Assembly (NCBI RefSeq): GCF_009914755.1
Contig: NC_060932.1
From: the human T2T-CHM13v2.0 reference genome, Homo sapiens
Direction: 5' to 3' (one strand)
DNA length: 64,000 bases
The notes beneath the pieces are model-generated. The model saw nothing but the letters and a program-made list of their open reading frames with translations. It did not search any database and was not told where the DNA came from. The position numbers and the translations under genes were made by a program. Positions 27,498 to 40,627 of this stretch are shown here, piece by piece (the first letter of the stretch is position 1; the number at the start of each line of letters is the position of its first letter).

Positions 27498-28367
27498 TTC
27501 AGCCAAGCAAATTAACATATCTATTACCTCATCCTCTTACCATTATTTTTTGTAGTGAGAATGTTAAAAATTTATTTTTCCGGCAATTTTGAAATACGCA
27601 ATACATTATTAACTGTGGTCACCATGCAGTGCAATAGATTATTGCACTAAAAATTATTCATCCAGTCTAAATGAACATTCGTATCCTCTGATCAATATCT
27701 CCCTTGTCCCTATCCCTTCTCCTCCCCCGCACTTCCCAACTTCTGGTAATCACCTTCCTACTCTCTGTTTCAAGGAGATTGACATATTTAGATTCCACAT
27801 ATAAGTAGATTATATAGTGGTTGTCCTTTTGTCTTACTCCACTTAGCATAATGTTCTCCAGTTTCATCTGTGTTATTACAAATGAGAGAATTTCCTTTTT
27901 TAAGGCTGTATAATATTTCATTGTTTAAAATGGAATGCCACATTTTTAAAATTTATTTATCTGTTGATGGACACTTAAGTTGCTTCCATACCTTAACTAT
28001 TGTTAATAATTCTGAAATAAACATGTGAGTACAGGTATCTGTTCCACATACCAATTTCAAGTCTTTTGGATATATACCCTGTAGTGGGATTGCTGAATCA
28101 TATAGTAATTCTATTTTTAGTTTTTTGGGGAAACTCCAAACTATTTTCCAAAACGGCTGTACTAATTTACATTCCCAATGACAATGTACAAGGGATTCCT
28201 TTTCTCCCTTGTTAACACGTTACCATTATTTTTTTTATTACAGCCATTCTAACAGGAGTGAGATGGTATTTCCATGGTTTTAGTTTGCATTTCTCTGATG
28301 ACTACAGATGTTGAGCATTTTTCATATTCCTGTTGGCCATTTGTATCTCTTCTCTTCAATATGTATG

Positions 28368-28712
28368 GGCCAAGCCCAGTGGCTCACACCTGTAATCCCA
28401 GCACTTTGGGAGGCCAAGGCGGGTGGATTGCTTGAGCTCAGAGGTTCAAGACTAACCTGAGCAACATGGCAAAACCCCAACTCTACCAAAAAATAAATAC
28501 AAAAAATTAGCCAGGCATGAATGGTGGCATGCACCTGTGGCCCCAGCTACTCAGGAGACTGAGGTGAGAGGATGGATCACTTGAGCCCAGGAGGCAGAGG
28601 TTGCAGTGAACCAAGATCACAGCACTGCACTCCAGCTTGGGCAACAGAGTGAGATCCCATCTAAAAAAAAAAAAAAAGAAAGAAAAAAAAGAAAAGAACA
28701 AAGAATAAAGAG
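28368..28712 (+). mobile_element. AluJb-like
   Basis: GGATTGCTTGAGCTCAG...CTGAGCAACATGGCAAAACCCC; GGATCACTTGAGCCCAGGAGG. Confidence 0.92.
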
Positions 28713-31279
28713 AAAATGTCTTTTCAGATTTTGCCTATTTTTTAATAGTTTGTAGACATGACTAGAGACACTTTCTTGGCAAAGGCAGTACTAGAATTGG
28801 ACCTAAAGTGGTTAGAAATTTTAGAGACAGTTTTTTGGGAAAGGGTGTACCATGTAGAAGATTCATGTTTGCCATATAAAATGGGTTTGTTAAATGACCA
28901 GTGGTGGAATTTGGGGAGGAAGGAGTTGTATTTGTGATGTATAGTAAAAAAAATTTCAAATGGTTAATTAAAACAAGGTCACTTTGAACGATCTAGCATA
29001 TGTTGATATTTTCTTTCTTCATTTGAAGCCTTGCTTAGGAATTTGGATGTTGAAACCATTTAAGATGTGAGTAAGCTTGACCTGATAGAACACATCAAAT
29101 AGTTACTTGTTACACAGAAATTTCATAATGTCAATAGGTGAATCTGTCAGAAAAAGAAATGAAAGAATCTTTAAGTTGCTTTTAGATTGATTTATTGCCA
29201 CGTTTAAACCAGTTTTACCAGAGAGAATTGTTTTTGCCTCATCAGTGTGACTGAATCAGTGGGCTGGAAAATAAAATTTCTGAGTTCCATTTTTACTATG
29301 TGCCAGCAAGGAATTTGAACAAGAAACTTTGTCTAACTCCTTTTATACATACAAAAAATTAAATTGTAAAATGTCTAGCTTTCTGTAGTGATTAATGTTT
29401 CACTAACTGACCAAATCTACTGGTTAAAACATAGAGCTGTAATTCATTGAAAACTTCATAAAGATTACATGTCATTTTATAACTGCATTTTAAGTTTCAT
29501 TTATTTTGCTTTATTTTAGGCATTATAGAAACATGGCAAATGGAGTACCATTTCAATATGTTTTAGTTTACCAAGGAATGCATCATGCATTTTGTCATTG
29601 AAGCCTTGTAGAATACCTGTAAACTCAGCAGCCATCTCTTCTAAATGTCTTTAATAAACTCACTCTGCTACTCTCTGGAAGGTGAAAAGTCTGATCCAAA
29701 CTCTAAATTCTGATTCTCCTACAAACCTCTTAAGTGAATTGATGACTGTGTTTTCACTTGAATGATATATTAAAATGAGAAGCTTCACCAGAAGGTAATT
29801 CCCTTAATTTCCCGTGATCTACCTGAATTCCACACATCCTCTGCCCCATTCTCCTCTGAATCCCATCTGCCCCTGACTTCTCCTCTTAGCCTTCATCATT
29901 AATGTATTTGTCCATGAATGGCTGTTTCTCACTACTATTCATACATATTCTTTCACATTAAAACATATTTAAAAATACACTTTTCTCCAACCTACCACCC
30001 CATGACACTCAAACTTGCCTAAAACATTGTCCTGACTCACACCTTTGTTTTACCCCACTCATTTCTGGAGGTCAAACTACAAAGTGATGAACAAAACCAA
30101 GCACAGTGGCGGTACAGGTCCAAGCACTAAGATCTCAGTATGTGGACACACACTGAATGCTGGAAGACTACCATGTTGTTTTTCACATCTTCAATCACAG
30201 AACGCAGAGTGAGCTACCTGAACAGGCTTCAGAATTTTAACCTCATCTCTCCTCCCTTTATGCCATGAGATAATACCCCTTATTGCAAATCATCACCCTT
30301 CAGGAATACAGAAATGTACATATAAGTATTTAAAGAAATGATAGAAGAAGAAAATGGATAAGTGGGTAAGTAGAAAGACAGGCTCTGAATCCACAGTTCT
30401 TGCACATTATTTCTCCAATGACACCTTCACTCCCATTTTTTAAAAAACTGCTCAGAATAACAGTAATATCTTACTGTAAAAAGCAGCTGTATAAATAAAT
30501 TACAATAATTATATTCCATAACTGTAATCTTATTATTACAGAAAGTATTGTAAATAAACTATACATACAGCCATAATATTACAGAGCAAACACTGTGTTA
30601 TTGAAATGTTAGATATAATGCGCTTCTCAATACAAACTAAAATGTATTTCAATACTGTAGCACTTATTAAGAATTATGGAAACTCAGTAGATGAAATACT
30701 GTTTTAATATACCATTTAAAATGTTAATAGTATTTCATTTTAAACCATGGAATCATTACTTATGAGCATAATAATCAGAATTATCTCCAGAAATGTATTT
30801 TAGACAAGTTTTAATGATGTGTTTTAAAAAATTTACTGAATATAGAACAACTTTGTTCTCAGCACTTTCAATAATTTACTAGTGATGTAATTTTTCAAGT
30901 TTGTTTACTCATAATAAATTCAAGTACATACGCAAGAAATGCATTTATACGAAAATCACATGATACAAGAAAAAGAAGAACGTGACAAATGTTTGAAATT
31001 GTGATTCTAACCTAATACAAAACATCACAAACCCTTTGCACTTTACAAAAACACAGATCATAGTTTTATGAGCTATGCAACCATAAAAATGTCAGTAATA
31101 TTAGAAAGTTTTTTCCCGTGTACTGCATATGTTTTAATACTTAATTTTTTTACACAATCTATATCTCTGAGTTTTTATTTGTGGACACATAGCTTCCAAA
31201 CAATGGGGATTGCATTCCATCAAATTAGAACATTTAGTTTATTTTCAATATGTTTGATGAATCTACATGTGTGGAAATA

Positions 31280-32030
31280 TTTTTATCAATTTAATTGAGG
31301 TATAATTTATGTCCAGCAAATTGAGTTCTCTTAATTGGCAATTCAATTAATTTTAACACTTGATGCACTGGGGAAGGCACTGCTATAATCAAGCTACAGA
31401 ACATTTTCTTTGCCCGCAAAGCCTCCTCCCACTTCTTTGCAGGACCTCTGTGCCTCCATCACCCTGATCCAATATAGTAAGTTTTGTATCTGGTTCAGTG
31501 ATTTTGAGACAGACGAATGTTGTTTTCTGATTCAGTATTACATTTCATCTTATTGATTAGTATTATTCTATTGTTAAAATCTACAAAATATTTTTATCCA
31601 TTCTTTTGATGGACATTTGGGCTGCTACCAAATTTTGGCTATTACAAATAAAGCTTCCATGAATATTCTTGTAGAAATCCATCTTTAGACATAAACTTTC
31701 ATTTAATGCATTTATATTAATAGAAGTGCAGTTCTTACCTCAAAAAGTATGTGTATAATTGACTGTGTAAGAAATTGCTAAAGCACTTCCAGAGTTTTAG
31801 TAATCTTTTATACAATCACCAGCAATCATTGAGAGTTCTATTTGTAACTTTTCACACATTTACTGTTGTCAATGTTTCTAATTTTAGTCCTAGTGGGTGT
31901 TAAATGACATGTAACTATGACTTTAATTTACATTTTCTGATAACTCACATGCTTTTTTTTTTGGCCATTTGTGTATCTTCCTTTGTGAAAATGCTAACTC
32001 AAAGTCTAAAATAATCGCTCATTTTATATT
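31280..32030 (-). mobile_element. Old L1 (L1MC/ME-like) 3' region
   Basis: TTTAATTGAGGTATAATTTA; GATGGACATTTGGGCTGCTACCAAATTTTGGCTATTACAAATAAAGCT. Confidence 0.75.
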
Positions 32031-32034
32031 GACT

Positions 32035-32454
32035 TGTATGATAGTTTGGGCCTTCCAAAAAGCAAATGCTAAAATGAGATTAGACATGCAAGAGATTTAT
32101 TGGGGAAACAACTGTGAAAAAAAAATAGAGCCAAAGAAAGCAGGGCGATCTTTAGACCACAATGCTGGTCTGACACCTTTGAAGAAAAGGAAAGGGGAAG
32201 GAAAGTGAACTGGGTAGGAAGAATGTCAGACCACTGCAGCGCCATATGGAAAAGACTCAGAAGAGTTGATGGGGAATCCTGAAACCAAAGTAATCCACTA
32301 AGGAGTCCCCCATCTCATGGGAACAGGCCTGCATTAGCACAGCTGGTGTGCTCCATCACGGGTAGACACAGCAGTGACCAGCATTGCCTCAGGGAAAATG
32401 TGAGACAGCAACAGGGGCCTGCAGTCAGTTGCACCTTCTCAGCAAGAGATTACA
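32035..32454 (-). mobile_element. LTR16A/B-like ERVL LTR (3' LTR)
   Basis: GATTAGACATGCAAGAGATTTATTGGGGAAAC...CAATGCTGGTCTGACACCT...GGGTAGGAAGA. Confidence 0.75.
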
Positions 32455-33390
32455 GCCCCCACTTCCCACTCCACCCCACAAACCTTCTTTCTGCAGGTTC
32501 TAGCAATACTCCTGTGTGGTGCAAGTGCCTCTCCCTCCCTCTCTGAGGGAAAATGTAGAAGAGGAAAGTTGGTGGAACTAACTGCTGACCTGTTTGAAAA
32601 TTTATGCTCAGGGCCACACTGCTACTCCTTCTATTTCTCCTCCATTATCCATTTTAAAGTCTTATCCTCGCTCTCACCTTGGCAGGTCTTACTGGCTTAT
32701 CTGGTGTGACCCAAACCATTTTCTCTGCAGTATCTGAGCCCTGGAAATCACACTCTTATCAGGCCAGTATTGCTATATGTATTTAGTACCCAGAGCCACC
32801 TAGTACATCACCTGGGTTCAGCACATCTACAGACCCCTGCGCTCACTGATTGGAAGCAGTGTTACGTCTTCTTGTCTACCAGAGTCAATTGCCTCTGATT
32901 TATGGTGACTCCTCTTCTCACCTGCTGGTTTCTCTGATTTATAGTGACTCCTCTTCTCATCTGCTGGTTCCTGGTCACAAAAAGTCCAAAGAGCCCTGGC
33001 AGTTGCCATAACTTGTGGCCCAGTGGAATTCTTTATTTGACTCTGGCAAGAGTGTGCCACACTGGGAACCACGACCTTCAGTTCAATGGAAATCGGAGTT
33101 GTGGGAATGCATAACACAAACCATCTCAGTCTTAGAGACTGATTGTATATCACTTTTCATTCCTTGGTGTCCTTTTTTATTGAGGACAATGAACCATATA
33201 AATCTTTAATTTAAAGCATGTAATGCACCCGGAAGGATAACACCCATTCTTTCAGAGTGTTGTCTCTAAACTGGCATTTTAACTGTGCTTTTAGAAGGCT
33301 GTGTCAGAGCTCTGTGGGGCCAGCTGCTTCAGGATAATGCATTATGTATTACAACCATTGCATTTCATGATCATGGACTACTTGAAGTCT
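32455..33390 (-). mobile_element. ERVL internal fragment (HERV16/ERV3-16A3-like) contiguous with the LTR
   Basis: Purine-tract-like junction, then ERVL pol/dUTPase-like antisense sequence (CCTGGTCACAAAAAGTCCAAAGAGCCCTGGCAGTTGCCATAAC). Confidence 0.65.
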
Positions 33391-33399
33391 TAGGCCGTG

Positions 33400-34895
33400 C
33401 AGTAAAGAAGAGAAAGCAATAATAGGCATAAAAATTAAAAAGAAAGATGTAAAAGTGTCTGTATAGAATGAATATGCTATCTTCTTAGTAGAATACGTTA
33501 AATAATCTGTTAAAGAAACCAATTGAAACTATTAAGTTAGTTTAGCAGAGCAACAGGGCATAACAGCAATATACAAAAATCGATTGTAATTCTATATAGT
33601 GATAATAAACAAATGGCAATTTAAATTAAAATTACAACATAATCACATGAAAAAACATGAAATACTTAAAATATGCAACAAAATATGTGCAATGATATCA
33701 GCCAGCACAGTATTGACATAAGGCTATACATATAGAACAACGGAACAGGATGGAAGCAGTGATATGCAAAAAATTAACTTGAAAGGGATCATAGGCCTGT
33801 TCAGAAAACCTAAAACTATAAATCTTCCATAAGAAAACACAGGAGAAGAGAATTGTCCTCAGCTTAGGCAAAGATTTATTAGGCAAAAAAAGCATTAAGT
33901 TAAAAAGTTAAAAAGCATTAATCATAAAAGAAAAAAATTATAAATTACACTCATTCAAAATTTAAAGCTCCTGCTTTTGAAAGATTCTAAACATGAAAAA
34001 GCAAAAGATATATCAGAGAAAATATATGTAATTATCTGTTAAAAAGCTCTAATCCAGAATAAAGACTTCTTTCTAACTCATTAACATGACAAATAATTTA
34101 AGAAAGAACTGGAGACAGAAAAAAGCAGAGATAACCAAGAAAGATATATAAATGGCAAAAAAAAAAAAAAAATCACACAAAACCCTGATCAACGTCATTA
34201 GTTGAAATACAAGTTGAAACCTCAGTGAGATACCACTACACATGCTACAGAATGATTAAAATTAAAAAGACTGGTCAAGGCAAACATTGATAAGGATGAC
34301 TTCTGGTGGGAATGCAAAATGGCACAGTCACTTTGGAAACTATTTTGTTAATTCCTTGGATAGTTAAACATATACTTGTCAAATGATTTACCAATACCAC
34401 TTTTAGACATTTACCCAAGAAAAATGAACACACATATGCTCCCTAATGCATGTGAATGTTCACAGAACTAGAAAGTCATGTGGGCATACCACAACTGGTC
34501 TATCACACATGAATAAGCAAAAAAAAATGACACATCCATACAATGTAATACTGCTTAGCAATGAAAAGGAAGGGAATATTGATACGCACAATATCAATAA
34601 CTTTTTGTGAAAGAAGCCTGACACAAGAGACATTGCATTGTATAATTCCACTTATATAAAATTCTAGAAAAAGTAAAACTATAGTGAAGAAAGTTCATCA
34701 ATTATTGCAAGAGATGGGAGTAGGACATTGACTAATGGGATGTGCAGAAACTGAGGGGTGATGGTAATTTCCCACATCTTTGATTCTGAGGATATTTAAC
34801 TGACGATATATATGTCACAAATCATCTAAACATATACATAAAATCGGTGAATATTTCTATGTATGTCAAACCACATGAATGGTGATTTAAAACAA
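33400..34895 (+). mobile_element. Old L1 (L1MC/ME-like) ORF2 3' part and 3' UTR
   Basis: TTTAGCAGAGCAACAGGGCATAAC...; CAGTGAGATACCACTACAC; CTGGTGGGAATGCAAAATGGCACAGTCACTTTGGAAAC. Confidence 0.85.
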
Positions 34896-35275
34896 AAGCA
34901 CATTATCAACATTGTCATAATGAACCTCCAGAGGGCTTCAGTTTAGTTAGAACTAATGAAAGCATACAAAATACCTTCCAAAATTACTGCCTAAGGACAG
35001 GTGACCAGAGCACTTGTCCAGCAGCTTTCAGCCCTTGTGTGGTTTGTTACTTAATCTTGTCCATCATAGCTACATAGGTTCTTGGGACAAGGCCCTGGAG
35101 CAGAAAGAAGAAAGACATCTGCTGTCCAGGGAGGCTAGATTCTTGTCTTCATGCTTGTCCTAATTAAAAAATATTATTTTCTTTCTTCCTGTTCAGAAAG
35201 TTGGCCCTTACCTAGATGAAGTCAGAGTCTTGGTTTATAGCCAAAATAAAAGAGGCTTAAAAATCAGGAGTTTTG

Positions 35276-35990
35276 CCACAATGAGATATCATCTCACACC
35301 AGTTAGAATGGCGATTAGTAAAGTCAGGAAACAATAGATGCTGACGAGGCTGTGAAGAAATAGGAACGCTTTTACCCTGTTGATGGGAATGTAAATTAGC
35401 TCAACCACTGTGGAAGACCGTATGGCAATTCCTCAAGGATCTAGAACCAGAAGTACCACTTTACCCAGCAATCCCATTACTGGGCATATACCCAAAGGAA
35501 TATAAATCATTCTACTATAAAGACACATGCACACATATGTTTATTGCAGCAATATTTACAATAGCAAAGACATGGAACCAACCCAAATGCCCATCAATGA
35601 TAGACTGGATAAAGAAAATATGGTACATATACACCATTCAATACTATGCAACCATAAAAGGGAATGAGATAATGTCCTCTGCTGGGATATGCACGAAACA
35701 GGAAACCATCATCCTCACAAACTAAGGGAGGAACAGAAAACTAAATACCTCATGTTCTCACTCATAAGTGGGAGCTTAACAATGAGAAAACATGGACACA
35801 GAGAGAGGAACAACACACACCAGGGTCTGTTGAGGGGTATGGGGCGAGGGGAGGGAACTCAGAGGATGAGTCAATAGGTGCAGCAAACCACCATGGCACA
35901 CATATACCTATGTAACTAACCTGCATGTTCCTCACATGTATCCCGTTTTCTGTTGTTCTTGTTACTTTTTTTTTTAGAAGAAATAAAAAA
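35276..35990 (+). mobile_element. 5'-truncated L1PA (L1PA12-like) inserted in a MIR
   Basis: ORF2 C-terminus MFIAAIFTIAKTWNQPKCPSMIDWIKKIWYIYT; 3' end TTTAGAAGAAATAAA; TSD AAAAATCAGGAGTTTTG (35259-75) / AAGAATCAGAAATCTTG (35991-36007). Confidence 0.93.
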
Positions 35991-36115
35991 AAGAATCAGA
36001 AATCTTGGTTGTAACATCAAATTTGCCACTAACTGGCTATATGTGTTGCAAGAAGTCAGTTTAATTTCTGTGTCAAATTTTTCTCATTTGTAAATACAGG
36101 GGTTGAGTAGTTGTT
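35991..36115 (+). mobile_element. MIR fragment (host of the L1PA)
   Basis: TTTGCCACTAACTGGCTAT...TTTCTCATTTGTAAATACAGGGGTTGAGTAG. Confidence 0.65.
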
Positions 36116-36201
36116 TTCAACATTTTTTAAAAAACTAATATTGGTGTGTTGCTCATCCAACCGAATTTACTCAACAATAATTTATTTGACCAACACTATT
36201 G

Positions 36202-36299
36202 GCGTGTGTGTGTGTGTGTGTGTGTTTGTGTGTGTATATATATACACACACATATATATATACACATACATACATATATATTCACATATATACACACAT
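36202..36299. repeat. (TG)n/(TA)n/(CA)n compound microsatellite
   Basis: Direct read. Confidence 0.95.
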
Positions 36300-37110
36300 C
36301 TGCAAATATATGCTAATGAGAACTACAGATACGTGACAATTTTCATATTTCAGTGATAGAACTACAGAAAAAAGCAAATAAACTAATCATTTAGTCTATA
36401 CAGTTTTATCATGGCTAAATATTCATTTTCCATTAGCGATTTTGAAATATTTAAAAACCAGCTACTGAGCTCTTTCCATTAGTAATTATTGCCTTTCAGT
36501 AACATCTTTCCACTTATAGAAACAAATATATATGTAATTCCTAAAGACCCTTCCTCACATTTCTGATTATCTGCTTCTATGTCTCTTGATTGCTCTCCAA
36601 AGATAGATAAAAACAAAGTAAACTATGGCTCTTATAAAATGTACCATTTGTAATACAACAGTATTAGTAAATTCATGTAAAGAGGAAAACCATGAACCAA
36701 TTCAATTGCACTTAATACAAAATATCAACTATATTTCCAGTTTAGACACCCTCTGAAGAATAGATGAGAACTGTTTTGACTTGGATCGTTTGCTGTTACC
36801 TATAGGCTTTTGAGCATAGCATTATTTTCCCTCCACTGTGACAAATTTCACAAGAGAAATGGAATGTGGATGGGATATTGTGTCATCTTCCATGCGTTTG
36901 TTAAGTATAGATTTCCCATATTCTGCAACACCTTTGTGTTTTCAATTTCTTTATTTTCATAAATAAAAAAATGCTGCAGCTTATAATAATAAATACAGAC
37001 AACTAAAAACTTGAGAACAAATCAGGATTATGCAGTAAGCTACAAAACCATTAACTGGGATTTTGGAGTGTGTGAATGATTTTTTAAAAAACTAAAACGT
37101 AAAGCCAGAT

Positions 37111-37753
37111 TGTAGTAGGTAACTTCCATTACGACCCTCAGTGATCCCCACCCACTTCCTAGTATTCCCCTCTTTGTCACACCTCCTCCCTTTGAGTGTG
37201 GGCTAGACCTAGTGACTTGCGTCTAAGGAGCAGGATTCAGCGTAAATGATTGGATGGCACTTCTGAGGTTAGACTTTTGCTTCTCTCTTAGATGATCTCT
37301 CTTCTTCTCTTAATTGCTTGCTTGGAGGGAAGCCAGTTACCATATTTTCACCTGCCCTACGGAGGGAAGCCAGTTACCATATTTTCACCTGCCCTATGGA
37401 AAGGCCACACAGCAGGAAATGAACTCAGAGAGATCTCCAGCTAATAACCAGCAAAATCCTGGTGTTTGACAGTAAGCATGTGAGTGAGCCTGGAAATTGG
37501 TCCTCTGAGGCCTGACAATGACCAGGTGAATAACCTTCAAAGCAGATCCTTCTTCTCCCAGGTGAGCCTTGAAAGGACTGTGGCCCTGGCCACCACCTTG
37601 ATTTCGGCCTTGTGAGAGACACTGAACCACAAACACACAACTAAGCCACACACAGATCCCTGACCCAAAGAAATCATGAAACAATAACTGTTTATTATTT
37701 TAAGTTGCTAAGTTCAGGGATTATTTGTTCCACAGAAATAGGCAATGAATACA
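37111..37753 (+). mobile_element. MLT1E/F-like MaLR solo LTR with an internal 37-bp duplication
   Basis: CCCTTTGAGTGTGGGCTAGACCTAGTGACTTGC; terminal TTTAAGTTGCTAAGTT...GCAATGAATACA. Confidence 0.88.
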
Positions 37754-40296
37754 CCTTGCTTCTCACAGCAAAAAAAAATCACTCACACAAGATACATAGT
37801 TCCTGATGATAGCATCAGATACTGAAGTCTATTTCTGTATTAAAGAGACTGAAGCTTCAGCATTTTTATTCAGCCATTTGGGGCCAAGCAAAGAGAAAAT
37901 GGCATTTAAGGCAGATTACTTTTTCTGTAAGTCTTAGCTCATTTGCTTTAACTGAGAGTTTGGCCAATCTCAACCATTTTAGACCAATCTTAATTATTAT
38001 AGTATTCTGTCAATAATACTTCGGTTCACTTATTGTAAATCTGAAGAAAGAAGCTATTTTTTGAAGATTCGTGTAGTTTCTCATAATTAGATAAATTAAA
38101 CAGTCACCTGGAAAATAACTTGAGAATTTCTGCCTTTTAGCTTTCTTTTCCTAATAGATAAGGATAAATAATAATATTCCTTGCAATATTTTGGTGATCA
38201 GATATTCTATTTTATATAGAATGATTTAGACAAGTACTGGAAGTACATTGCAAGCTTCTGACCTTTTACAAGTACTCCCTGATCACCTAACTAGTGTGTA
38301 TCTCTTGCAAAGTGTTTGTGTTGATTTGAGAATTAGCAAAGCTTAAATGACCTGCCCAGCTCTTACCATCACACTTTTCTGATTTTTAGCAGCTATGCTT
38401 TCTAACAATCAATGTTCACACTCATTCCCATTTGCGGCTCTATCATCATACCTGACCCTAGGAAAGCTAGTGGCAGGACACACACACACATACACACACA
38501 TAAAGGAACATACAATCTTGTGCATTGCCTACAATCTCTACATTGAATCATTCTCCTATCTTGTCCCTTCTGACCTTGGGCACTAATTTCTAATTCTTCA
38601 TTTCCTACTTTGTGTCCACATTACTTCTCCAAACTCTTCTCAATTATCAAGAGGTAGCATAAACATCACATGTTTTATTTGGCCTTTTAAAAATCTCCCA
38701 CCCTCACACATAAAAAGAATTACTAAATTCTCAGTACCCAGACATGTTTTTAAACTTTATTGTAGTATTTATAACATCTTGTCTTATTTTATAGATATTT
38801 ACACATCTGTGTGCGTGTATATGTGTGTGTGTATGTGCGCGTGCACATGCGTCCTGCATTAACCTATGAACCCCTTGAGGACAGGAACAATTTCTGAATC
38901 ACTTTGTTTGTATTTGTATAGGTCAATTGTGGAGAGTTCCTTCCGATCACTCTTTTCTGTTCTATTTCTCCCTTTACTATGACATTGCATATCCTTCCAT
39001 TTACGTTTGTTCTTTTTGATTTTTTTCTAAACAACTTTGTGATTTTGTGTAAGAATTGTATAAAATGGCCTTCTTTTAGAAAAATACATCAGCTTGTATT
39101 TTCAGTGCTCATAATTTGGGATCCATCTGATCCACAATTTTTTTGTGCCATCTGTGATTCTTCAGCAACCAAAGTGCCTGCGTGTGTGGGTTAACCACAG
39201 ATAATTCTTTGTCTTTTCCTATCAACTGCCACAAACTGCCTAATTACTGGGCCTGATCCTGTTACTATTGTCACAAGGCTGTCTTCAGCAATGTTGTCTT
39301 TATCTGCTTAGTAACTCCCTATGACCAGCTGAATGTCCTTTCTGCTATGCACTGATTACGATTTCTGGCTTCCCATGGGCACTGAACCAGCACAAATTCT
39401 AAAAATTACCTTACAGACCTGTGTAGACTGTGTATGTCTCCTCATACTCTTCTGGGGTTATCTTTCAGAGCATCAATATGTTCTGCAAAAATAAGGGGTT
39501 AAGTAAATATATACATTTTTATTAAGAATAATCAATGTGACACAAAAACATGTCTTAGCCATTCTTAAAATTGGCACATTATACATGCCAAGTGCCTTCC
39601 AATTCAGCAATGGGGTTATGAAAATTAAATCATGAATCTTATATTTTACATCAATTTCTTTCTCAGTAGGGAATATTGCAATTGACATTAAAGCAAAATA
39701 GGAAAGAGTACACGGGGCATGGGAAGCACAAAGGAACAATTTATTAACAAGCACGTTACATTTTGCTGTTCTCTAATGTAAAATTGAAACATCATTTACA
39801 AAAAGAAATATGATGTGAGGGATTTTACATGCTAGAATAAAGTAGTAGGGAACAAAGATTATGAAATCATATACACACACATACATGTATATACATATAT
39901 GTATATGTGTATAGCTATATAGATGATAAATAGGCAGATAGATACAAAATAATAAATAGATATTAAAGTAGGAGACAGACACATCTGTCCCTGGCCTCCA
40001 GAGAGGATTGAAAATGAATAGATTAAGTTTCATAAATCTGAAGTCAAGGAAACGTGCCTGATGATTTGTTCTTGAACAATGTTCCTGCAGAAGAAACTTC
40101 TCCATCTAACATGTTCATCCCTCTAGGGCAGGAGGCAACTGCATGAAATGGCATGGATGGAGGGCAGAGATGGCAGACGGAGTGTGGTGAGAGAAAACTC
40201 AGACTCCAAGCTCCAATTCCTGACAGCCAGAAGCATCTAATGAAGGCTCTGTTTGCCTTGTTTGGGACCTTCTCGTCCATTACGTTTCTATTATAA

Positions 40297-40627
<331 letters not shown>

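Larger units (their letters stand above)
26808..28745 (-). mobile_element. L1MA 3' end, interrupted by an ERVK LTR and an AluJ
   Basis: Antisense L1MA 3' UTR (CAATTTTGAAATACGCAATACATTATTAACTGTGGTCACCATG; TAGATTCCACATATAAGT). Confidence 0.9.

Noticed and set aside
35537-35725. ORF with clear protein similarity
   Set aside because: C-terminus of L1 ORF2p in a truncated L1PA, not a host gene.
40100-40200. Possible micro-exon (CCCTCTAG|GGCAGG...GTG|GTGAGA)
   Set aside because: Weak signals, no partner exons, no recognisable peptide.
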